From the IMG/VR virus record IMGVR_UViG_3300033075_000685: a DNA stretch of 64,000 nt, one strand, 5' to 3'. A program made the translations under genes and the position numbers. The notes below the pieces were generated by a model. It was not told where the DNA came from. It ran no database searches and saw only the letters and a list, made by a program, of their open reading frames with translations. Shown in pieces: positions 8,394 through 14,511 of this stretch (its first letter is position 1; every line of letters begins with the position of its first letter). The DNA comes from a virus.

Positions 8394-8729
8394 TTACCTT
8401 TGATTTCCCGTAGAAAGTGCATCCAACGCTTTAATATTATAAATGAAATATTCACCATTATAATATTTAGATATACATCCTTCATATGTAATATTTTTAC
8501 GAGTTAATGGATAATAAACACAACCTCCACGGTTTAAACCAAAAGTCCATTGATATCCCTCATATCCAATCACTTCAAATCCATTTTTATTCCATACGTC
8601 ATTTGAATGCTTCTTTATGTCCTCAACATTTTTATTAGAATAAGAAAACAGAGATATAATAAACAATATTATTATCCCGAATAGTACATATATAAAATAA
8701 TCAATAAATTTATCAAAAAAATTATTCAT
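8394..8729 (-). CDS. hypothetical membrane-anchored protein
   Basis: N-terminal hydrophobic helix. Confidence 0.7.
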   Translation of the reverse strand: MNNFFDKFIDYFIYVLFGIIILFIISLFSYSNKNVEDIKKHSNDVWNKNGFEVIGYEGYQWTFGLNRGGCVYYPLTRKNITYEGCISKYYNGEYFIYNIKALDALSTGNQR

Positions 8730-8730
8730 T

Positions 8731-9693
8731 TCAATTCACAATTTCTAACAGTTTGTTCTGTGCATCAAGTTTAATCTGATCATTTACACCATAAAACGAA
8801 TTCCAAAACTTAGCACTTTCAGTTCTTGGTTTAGTTGAATTAGTAAAATAATCAGTAATACCCTGAAGAACATTATAATAAGTATTCTTTCCAAATTCTG
8901 AACCATTACCATTTTTGTAAAGATTCATAATATTTTCAACTTTCTGTTCTAATTGATTACTCTGTTCGCTAACTCCCTTTTCAAAAAACATTTCTTTATA
9001 GAAATCTTCTGCTTGCTTTGGTGTACAAGAAACATTTGCTAATTTCTGCATATTAGTAATAAAATTAAACTGACATTCTTCAATTAATCCCAAATCTAAT
9101 TTAACTTTATCTGGATTAAATGTAGTTGAATGAATCACTTTTACCATATTTTTATTTTTTTCATTCATTGCCATTGTTAATGTATTATTACATACTGTTC
9201 TAATTGAAGTAATCTTAGCAACTGTTGCTAACGTTCCATCTAATGATGTAGTAATAAGCAAATATCCAGTAATCACATCACCTTTAATAATTTCAAAATC
9301 TTTTAGTTTTGCTGTTGCAAAGAATCGTTTTCCACCAAAAAGTGATCCACATGAACTCATTTCCATATTATGTTGTTCAAGAACACCATAAAAGAAATCT
9401 ACAATTTCACCCGGTTGAACAATTCTATAATCATCACTTACAATAGACAAAGGTGCAGATGTATCATTTCTATACAAAACCTTTCTTTTTGGAAAGAATT
9501 TTACTTGTTTATCTTCTGTATAATATACAACCGGACAACCATATGCTTCCCATTCCAATCCTGCTTCTTTCTTCCAAGTTTCAATTGGTGAATTAAGAGG
9601 AACAATTTGTCCTTCACCATGCCAAGGCGAACCATGTTCAAGTACATAAGCAAAATTCACACGACCATTTGAATAATCAAGTTCAGCAGACAT
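8731..9693 (-). CDS. DUF932 / LGT_TIGR03299-like phage protein
   Basis: PWHG, VSDDYRIVQP, GSLFGGKRFF, TSLDGT, IRTVCNNTL motifs. Confidence 0.85.
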   Translation of the reverse strand: MSAELDYSNGRVNFAYVLEHGSPWHGEGQIVPLNSPIETWKKEAGLEWEAYGCPVVYYTEDKQVKFFPKRKVLYRNDTSAPLSIVSDDYRIVQPGEIVDFFYGVLEQHNMEMSSCGSLFGGKRFFATAKLKDFEIIKGDVITGYLLITTSLDGTLATVAKITSIRTVCNNTLTMAMNEKNKNMVKVIHSTTFNPDKVKLDLGLIEECQFNFITNMQKLANVSCTPKQAEDFYKEMFFEKGVSEQSNQLEQKVENIMNLYKNGNGSEFGKNTYYNVLQGITDYFTNSTKPRTESAKFWNSFYGVNDQIKLDAQNKLLEIVN

Positions 9694-9724
9694 TTTCAAT
9701 TCCTCATTATTTTATTGAAGTTAA

Positions 9725-9752
9725 ATTATAACACAGTTTTTGATGTTGTCAA
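9725..9752 (-). promoter_or_regulatory. sigma70-type promoter
   Basis: TTGACA-16 nt-TATAAT with TG extension. Confidence 0.75.
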
Positions 9753-9760
9753 GTAAAATT

Positions 9761-9836
9761 TGGTGCTCCTGCGGAGATTCGAACTCCGTTTACCAGATTG
9801 AAAGTCTGGTGATCTAACCCATTAATCTACAAGAGC
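9761..9836 (-). tRNA. tRNA-Glu: tRNA-Glu(TTC)
   Basis: CT-TTC-AA, CCA. Confidence 0.92.
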
Positions 9837-9837
9837 G

Positions 9838-9967
9838 TTTTTTATAGAACCATATTCCCAAAGAGTGTCAAGTCTTTGTATCTGATGATTAAATTCGATT
9901 GCAATCAAAATTAATCTAACCCATTCAGATGTATAGGCATATGACAAAAATATGGTTCTATAAAAAA
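9838..9967 (-). ncRNA. putative structured non-tRNA RNA in the tRNA array
   Basis: 19-bp terminal inverted repeat TTTTTTATAGAACCATATT/AATATGGTTCTATAAAAAA with nested TGTCA/TGACA and ATCTGA/TCAGAT pairs. Confidence 0.6.
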
Positions 9968-9968
9968 T

Positions 9969-10043
9969 TGGAGCCCCCTGCCGGAATTGAACCGACTTCT
10001 CAAGATTACAAGTCTAGTGCATCACCATTTATGCTTAGAGGGC
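9969..10043 (-). tRNA. tRNA-Thr: tRNA-Thr(TGT)
   Basis: CT-TGT-AA, CCA. Confidence 0.92.
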
Positions 10044-10064
10044 AAATCTATTTTATTTTAAAAT

Positions 10065-10143
10065 TGGCGACCAATATGGGAATTGAACCCATCTGATATC
10101 TTGCGTGACAGGCAAGCGACCACACCATGCAGTCCCATTGGCC
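10065..10143 (-). tRNA. tRNA-Asp: tRNA-Asp(GTC)
   Basis: CT-GTC-AC, CCA. Confidence 0.9.
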
Positions 10144-10152
10144 ATAAAACTT

Positions 10153-10226
10153 TGGTAGTCACACTCAGAATCGAACTGAGGATTTAAGGATGTAAGCCTT
10201 ATAGTTTACCACTAACTTATGCGACC
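10153..10226 (-). tRNA. tRNA-Val: tRNA-Val(TAC)
   Basis: CT-TAC-AT, CCA. Confidence 0.9.
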
Positions 10227-10231
10227 ATAAG

Positions 10232-10282
10232 CAGGATATTATTCTATCACCATTAGATTTATATAGTTGCTGTATATATCCT
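10232..10282 (-). ncRNA. CAGCAA-family small structured RNA, copy F (D-arm-like hairpin)
   Basis: Stem AGGATAT/ATATCCT, ATA-CAGCAA, inner TCTA-ATGGTGA-TAGA. Confidence 0.65.
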
Positions 10283-10290
10283 TTTTTATC

Positions 10291-10494
10291 TCACTTTTCT
10301 TTCTTGTAATTAATACATTCTAAATTATCAGCATTTTCATTAATTTGTTTTGCTTCTACACAAGTCCATTCAGATTTTAATAATCCATATTGCGAATTAT
10401 CTAATACAAATAACCCTATAAAAAACCCCACAAAAAATACTATCAATATTCCTGCCAATACCATCCAAAAATTCATTGTATCAATATCTCTCAT
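10291..10494 (-). CDS. small membrane protein
   Basis: TM helix followed by a C...C segment. Confidence 0.65.
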   Translation of the reverse strand: MRDIDTMNFWMVLAGILIVFFVGFFIGLFVLDNSQYGLLKSEWTCVEAKQINENADNLECINYKKEK

Positions 10495-10523
10495 TTTTAT
10501 ATCTAATGTATTTTATTATATTA

Positions 10524-10598
10524 TGGTACTTCCTAGTGGTTACGATCCACTTTTTCCAGATTATCAGTCTGGGGTTTTACCGATTAAACTAAGGAAGT
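10524..10598 (-). tRNA. tRNA-Ile: tRNA-Ile(GAT)
   Basis: CT-GAT-AA, CCA; T-loop ATCGTAA. Confidence 0.88.
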
Positions 10599-10603
10599 AT
10601 ATT

Positions 10604-10678
10604 TGGTGGAGGATGAAAGAATTGAACTTTCCTCTTATGTTTATGAAACATTTATAGTCACCAGACTACTTAACCTCC
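10604..10678 (-). tRNA. tRNA with CAT anticodon (Met or Ile2)
   Basis: TT-CAT-AA, A73, CCA. Confidence 0.82.
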
Positions 10679-10686
10679 AATTAAAA

Positions 10687-10762
10687 TGGACGCGGGTGGC
10701 GGAATCGAACCGCCCTCTTGTGCTTATGAGACACAAATAGTCATCCAGACTACTTACCCGCC
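10687..10762 (-). tRNA. tRNA-Met: tRNA-Met(CAT), 1:72 mismatch
   Basis: CT-CAT-AA, CCA; G1/G72 unpaired. Confidence 0.85.
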
Positions 10763-10772
10763 AAAAAACATT

Positions 10773-11288
10773 TTATTCTATAAAATTACAAATTTTAGAA
10801 AACACTTCTAACGCATTATCCTTTTTAATCCATTCACCATTTTCTTTAAAAATATCATAGTGATTTAAAATACTTTTCTCTTTGACATTTCTATCTATAA
10901 CAAAATCATATTTTACAATTTTAAATTTTCTATACGGATCATATGTTTGATATGATTCTAATCTCGAAATTAAGTCAATTGTCATTCCTATTTTATAATG
11001 TTCTGGAAATGATGGATTTTCTATCACATAAACTAATCCAGACATCATATCTTTAAACTTTGCTCCCCGAGAAAAATTTTCTTTTAATAAATTTAAACCA
11101 GCAATTTTTCTAGCAAATCGTTTATTATTTTTCCTCCCAATTCCTCTTTCCGATTTACCGAATATAATTTGGTAATATTTCATATAATACAAAAGCATTT
11201 CTTCTGTTATTTGAAATAACGAATTTTTAGGTATAATTTCTTTATTCGTTAAAACAGATATAATATTTTGTTCTTTGCCTTTTATCAT
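10773..11288 (-). CDS. GIY-YIG T5orf172/MUG113-like protein (possible homing endonuclease)
   Basis: GLVYVIENPSFPEHYKIGMT...RLESYQTYDP...GEW; start trimmed to ATG 11288 because the longer ORF overlaps tRNA-Lys. Confidence 0.8.
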   Translation of the reverse strand: MIKGKEQNIISVLTNKEIIPKNSLFQITEEMLLYYMKYYQIIFGKSERGIGRKNNKRFARKIAGLNLLKENFSRGAKFKDMMSGLVYVIENPSFPEHYKIGMTIDLISRLESYQTYDPYRKFKIVKYDFVIDRNVKEKSILNHYDIFKENGEWIKKDNALEVFSKICNFIE

Positions 11289-11300
11289 AACATTAAAATT

Positions 11301-11375
11301 TGGTAGGGGTGGAGAATTACGATATCTCGACTTACGGTTTAAAGGACCGCTACTCTGCCTCTGAGTTACACCCCC
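11301..11375 (-). tRNA. tRNA-Lys: tRNA-Lys(TTT) with C33
   Basis: GCGGT-CC-TTT-AA-ACCGT, CCA; T-loop ATCGTAA. Confidence 0.85.
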
Positions 11376-11386
11376 AATAATCAAAA

Positions 11387-11442
11387 CAGGATGTTATTTT
11401 TTTACATTAACAGTGTAATAAATAATTTGCTGAATACATCCT
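11387..11442 (-). ncRNA. CAGCAA-family small structured RNA, copy G (Asn-GTT anticodon stem-loop mimic)
   Basis: Stem AGGATGT/ACATCCT, ATT-CAGCAA, inner TTACA-CTGTTAA-TGTAA. Confidence 0.72.
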
Positions 11443-11450
11443 TTATTGAA

Positions 11451-11605
11451 TTTGTTGTAAACCTCTCACCACAACATAGAGAGCATTTTGCATCAATTTA
11501 AAGCGCCGATACCGTTTAGGGTACGTTATTGCAGAACTACTTGATTGCGGTCTTTCTAATTGTATGCCTACAATTGATTTCATTCCTACTAACATTTACA
11601 ACAAA
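11451..11605 (-). ncRNA. putative multi-hairpin RNA in the tRNA array
   Basis: Terminal IR TTTGTTGTAAA/TTTACAACAAA; inner AATTGTA-GGCA-TACAATT, GTACC/GGTAT, CTCTC/GAGAG hairpins. Confidence 0.6.
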
Positions 11606-11609
11606 ACTT

Positions 11610-11692
11610 TGGTGGAGAGGGCTGGAATCGAACCAACTTGCCGAAGCCACGGTGTTACAGGCCGCTGTCCCTACCTTTAGAACATCCTCTCC
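11610..11692 (-). tRNA. tRNA-Tyr: tRNA-Tyr(GTA)
   Basis: CT-GTA-AC, long variable arm, CCA. Confidence 0.9.
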
Positions 11693-11712
11693 CAAACCAT
11701 TTTTAAAATAAA

Positions 11713-12252
11713 TTATATAAATTCTATAAATATCTCTTTTACTTTATCATTATCAATCCATTCTCCTTCTGAAATATTTATTTTATATTTCATTAGGATT
11801 TTTGACTCCTCTTCTTTCATATTTTCAACTATTTTATAGTGTTCTACTATAAACTTTCTAAAAGGGTCATATGTTTGATATGTTAATAACCTTTTTGTTA
11901 AATCTTGTGTTATTCCTATTTTATATAGGTTAGGAAATGCTGGATTTGATATCAAATATAATATTCCACTTTTTATTTTATTAGTATTTTTTGTTTTGTT
12001 AGAAACATCCTTAGTTTCTATTCTTGAAAGACTTAATTTTAAGAGTGAAAGTCCAGCAAGTTTCTTAAAAAATCGAATTTCTTTCTTTTTGTGTTGTTTT
12101 GCTTTTTCGGGAAAAGTTTTACAATATTTACAATAATATTTTTCCATTAATTCATCAGTTATTTCAAAAGAAGATGTTTTTGGTATAATTCCTTCTATAA
12201 TCATCTCTTTTATAATATCTATAGTTTGATTATTTCCTATTATTGTTTCCAT
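11713..12252 (-). CDS. GIY-YIG T5orf172-like protein, paralog of 10773..11288
   Basis: GILYLISNPAFPNLYKIGIT...RLLTYQTYDPFRKF...GEW. Confidence 0.8.
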   Translation of the reverse strand: METIIGNNQTIDIIKEMIIEGIIPKTSSFEITDELMEKYYCKYCKTFPEKAKQHKKKEIRFFKKLAGLSLLKLSLSRIETKDVSNKTKNTNKIKSGILYLISNPAFPNLYKIGITQDLTKRLLTYQTYDPFRKFIVEHYKIVENMKEEESKILMKYKINISEGEWIDNDKVKEIFIEFI

Positions 12253-12279
12253 AATACTTTTATATTACAATTTTAAATT

Positions 12280-12368
12280 TGGTAGCAGTGGAGAGATTCG
12301 AACTCTCAATCCTAAAAGGCGGCAGATTTTGAGTCTGCTGTGTATTTCCGTATTTCCACCACACTGCC
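12280..12368 (-). tRNA. tRNA-Leu: tRNA-Leu(CAA)
   Basis: CT-CAA-AA, long variable arm, CCA. Confidence 0.9.
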
Positions 12369-12373
12369 ATAAT

Positions 12374-12449
12374 TGGTCTCCCAAGGCAGATTTGAACTGC
12401 CACCACACCGCCCCAAACGGTGTATGCAACCAAGTAACACTTTTGGGAG
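12374..12449 (-). tRNA. tRNA-Pro: tRNA-Pro(TGG)
   Basis: TT-TGG-GG, CCA. Confidence 0.9.
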
Positions 12450-12455
12450 TAAAAA

Positions 12456-12673
12456 CTTTTTTCTCTTTCTTCTTGACTATGTAAACAGTATACCACTATT
12501 TTTCATCTTGTCAAGTCTTTTTTTGAGGTCTAGGTCAGATTCAAACTGACGAATAGTGGTTTTGCAGACCACCCCCTTAGATCACTTGGGTACTAGACCA
12601 TAAACCTTTTTTCTTTTTCTTCTTGACTATGTAAACAGTATACCACCGTTTTTCATCTTGTCAAGTCTTTTTT
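12456..12673 (-). repeat. two ~68-bp direct repeats (12456-12523, 12606-12673), each containing a sigma70 promoter, flanking tRNA-Cys
   Basis: TCTTCTTGACTATGTAAACAGTATACCAC..TTTTTCATCTTGTCAAGTCTTTTT twice, 150 bp apart; minus strand TTGACA-16-TATACT. Confidence 0.9.
12526..12599 (-). tRNA. tRNA-Cys: tRNA-Cys(GCA), ends CAA rather than CCA
   Basis: CT-GCA-AA, U73. Confidence 0.88.
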
Positions 12674-12696
12674 AAATTAGTGATTTAAAAATATTT

Positions 12697-12918
12697 TCAT
12701 AAAGTATCATATGATTTTTCATAAATTTCCTTATCACATATATATAATTCACCATCAATACCTTTCATTAAGTAATCCCCTGATTTTCCAGTTTTATAAT
12801 TTCCTTCCAAAGAATTAACTTGAAATTCTTCCAATATTTGTTTAGAATACACTATTATAGGTTTCTTTTTACAAGGATTCATCCCTTCAACAACTTCATA
12901 TGTCTCAAAAATTTTCAT
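12697..12918 (-). CDS. small phage protein (PGDYG-like)
   Basis: GKSGDYLMKGIDGELYICDKEIYEKSY. Confidence 0.7.
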   Translation of the reverse strand: MKIFETYEVVEGMNPCKKKPIIVYSKQILEEFQVNSLEGNYKTGKSGDYLMKGIDGELYICDKEIYEKSYDTL

Positions 12919-12984
12919 ATTAATACCACCATAAACAAAAAAGATAAACTTTCACTAAATAAATTGTTAAAAAACATATAAAAA

Positions 12985-13073
12985 TGGAGGAAGGCATCGG
13001 TCTTGATCCGAATACTTTGGCAAGTACGATGAGTTTAGCAAACTCTCCCAACACCCCGGTTGGTTTACCTTCC
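12985..13073 (-). tRNA. tRNA-Ser: tRNA-Ser(GCT), atypical T arm
   Basis: TT-GCT-AA, long variable arm, CCA. Confidence 0.8.
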
Positions 13074-13107
13074 ATTGATTGTTAAAAATTATAATTATTA
13101 TTAAAAT

Positions 13108-13194
13108 TGGCAGAAGAAAGAGGAATTGAACCCCAATCCGTTAGGATCGTTACGCTTTCCAAGCGAACATTAACACCAGTTAATATTTTCTTCT
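13108..13194 (-). tRNA. tRNA-Ser: tRNA-Ser(GGA)
   Basis: TT-GGA-AA, long variable arm, G73-CCA. Confidence 0.82.
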
Positions 13195-13199
13195 AAAAT

Positions 13200-13289
13200 T
13201 GGCGGAAGCGGTAGGATTTGAACCCACGGACCCTTTCGGATCATCTCGTTTCAAGCGAGGCGCATTAAACCGGACTCTGCCACACTTCC
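13200..13289 (-). tRNA. tRNA-Ser: tRNA-Ser(TGA)
   Basis: CT-TGA-AA, long variable arm, G73-CCA. Confidence 0.92.
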
Positions 13290-13304
13290 ATAACTTATAC
13301 AAAT

Positions 13305-13380
13305 TGGCCCCCTTACTAGGATTCAAACCCAGAACTCAATATCCGTAGTATTGTGTGATATTCAATTTCACTATAAGGAG
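13305..13380 (-). tRNA. tRNA-Arg: tRNA-Arg(ACG)
   Basis: CT-ACG-GA, CCA. Confidence 0.88.
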
Positions 13381-13392
13381 ATAACTTTATTA

Positions 13393-13602
13393 TTAATTAA
13401 TACATATAGCATTAATATCTTCATTAGAAATATCTTCTGAATTAAATTCTCCACCCTCAAAAATACCTAATGATGGTGTACAAAAAACCTGTCTAAATTC
13501 ATTTCCCTCATCATCTATAGAATAGATTACGTTTAGATTAGCATAATTAGGATTTTTGTTTAAAATCGTATTTAAGTTATATATATATTCAAATAATGTC
13601 AT
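13393..13602 (-). CDS. hypothetical protein
   Basis: MTLFEYIYNL...YSIDDEGNEF; start trimmed to avoid tRNA-Phe. Confidence 0.7.
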   Translation of the reverse strand: MTLFEYIYNLNTILNKNPNYANLNVIYSIDDEGNEFRQVFCTPSLGIFEGGEFNSEDISNEDINAICIN

Positions 13603-13627
13603 AATATTATTCTCATTAAAATTAATT

Positions 13628-13703
13628 TGGTGGGTGGTACTGGAATCGAACCAATTTCTATGGTTTTTCAAACCATCGCAATCACCAGACTTGCTCACCG
13701 CCC
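13628..13703 (-). tRNA. tRNA-Phe: tRNA-Phe(GAA)
   Basis: TT-GAA-AA, CCA. Confidence 0.92.
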
Positions 13704-13710
13704 ATTATTT

Positions 13711-13789
13711 TGGTCCCACCGGTCAGATTCGAACTGACACATAAACAGTTTCTAAGACTGCCCTCTCTGCCAAGTTGGAGTACGGTGGG
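13711..13789 (-). tRNA. tRNA-Leu: tRNA-Leu(TAG), short variable arm
   Basis: CT-TAG-AA, CCA. Confidence 0.85.
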
Positions 13790-13794
13790 GTAGT

Positions 13795-13935
13795 TTATTT
13801 TTCTTTATATTTCTTCAATTCAATTTTTGCTTCAATCATTGAGATTTTATGTTTCTTGACATAAATTTTCTTTGGTTTCTCAACTTGAGGTCTATTGAAC
13901 CATATTTTTGTCATTCCGTCAAGAACTTTTTTCAT
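13795..13935 (-). CDS. small basic protein (46 aa)
   Basis: MKKVLDGMTKIWFNRPQ... behind strong SD AAGGAGG. Confidence 0.65.
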   Translation of the reverse strand: MKKVLDGMTKIWFNRPQVEKPKKIYVKKHKISMIEAKIELKKYKEK

Positions 13936-13955
13936 AAAACCTCCTTTTATAAATT

Positions 13956-14032
13956 TGGGGGGTAATACCTGATTTGAACAGGCATCTTCTTTAATCACAG
14001 TAAAGGGTTTTACCAATTAAACTAATTACCCC
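13956..14032 (-). tRNA. tRNA-His: tRNA-His(GTG)
   Basis: CT-GTG-AT, G-1:C73, CCA. Confidence 0.92.
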
Positions 14033-14041
14033 ATTGTTTTG

Positions 14042-14113
14042 TTCTCTTACATGGATTCGAACCACGATTCTCTGATTCAAAGTCAGATGTCCGGCCAATT
14101 AGACGATAAGAGA
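14042..14113 (-). tRNA. tRNA-Gln: tRNA-Gln(TTG), ends CAA
   Basis: CT-TTG-AA. Confidence 0.88.
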
Positions 14114-14121
14114 ATTTAATT

Positions 14122-14196
14122 TGGCATCCCGTTGAAGATTCGAACTCCAACTAATAGTTTTGGAGACTATTGTGCTACCCATTACACCAACGAGAT
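14122..14196 (-). tRNA. tRNA-Trp: tRNA-Trp(CCA)
   Basis: CT-CCA-AA, G73-CCA; D stem GTGT/GCAC (U11-A24). Confidence 0.92.
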
Positions 14197-14249
14197 GCAG
14201 TAACTATCCTCTCCCCTTCTTTTGAAGGGGAGTAATTATATTTCCATTT

Positions 14250-14261
14250 TGTTAAAGAGCA
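14250..14261 (-). promoter_or_regulatory. rrn-type boxA antitermination element
   Basis: TGCTCTTTAACA, identical to the enterobacterial rRNA leader boxA, just upstream of the first tRNA. Confidence 0.8.
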
Positions 14262-14267
14262 ATTAAT

Positions 14268-14297
14268 AAAAAACCCGAAGTTTTTAAGTTCGGGTTT
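14268..14297 (-). terminator. intrinsic terminator (attenuator) in the tRNA-array leader
   Basis: AAACCCGAA-CTTAAAAAC-TTCGGGTTT-TTT. Confidence 0.8.
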
Positions 14298-14327
14298 GTA
14301 GTTTATTAATATATTATTATTCTTATA

Positions 14328-14447
14328 CTATACAAACCCTATTTTATTGTGTGTAAAGGTATTATTAATTCTTGACGCACAATAACCTTCACACCAACTT
14401 AATTGGAGTTCGGACTTATGATCAACGGGTCGATTTAATTTGTTCAT
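14328..14447 (-). CDS. putative attenuator leader peptide (39 aa) containing all 20 amino acids
   Basis: MNKLNRPVDHKSELQLSWCEGYCASRINNTFTHNKIGFV*; last 3 codons GGGTTTGTA complement TACAAACCC overlapping the terminator 5' arm; no clear SD. Confidence 0.65.
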   Translation of the reverse strand: MNKLNRPVDHKSELQLSWCEGYCASRINNTFTHNKIGFV

Positions 14448-14511
14448 ATTACTACTTATACATTTTTTTCAAAAAAATCCACAATTTTTTCTTTTTTTTC
14501 ACATTTTTTAT

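Noticed and set aside
13200..13789. Suppressor tRNAs (anticodons TGA and TAG)
   Set aside because: These anticodons read TCA (Ser) and CTA (Leu); suppressors would need TCA, CTA or TTA.
11289..14016. ORF-track entries or 5' extensions overlapping tRNAs (to 11384, 11529..11711, 12260..12496, 13556..13744, to 13698, to 14016)
   Set aside because: They run through clear tRNA cloverleaves; they were trimmed to downstream ATGs or discarded.
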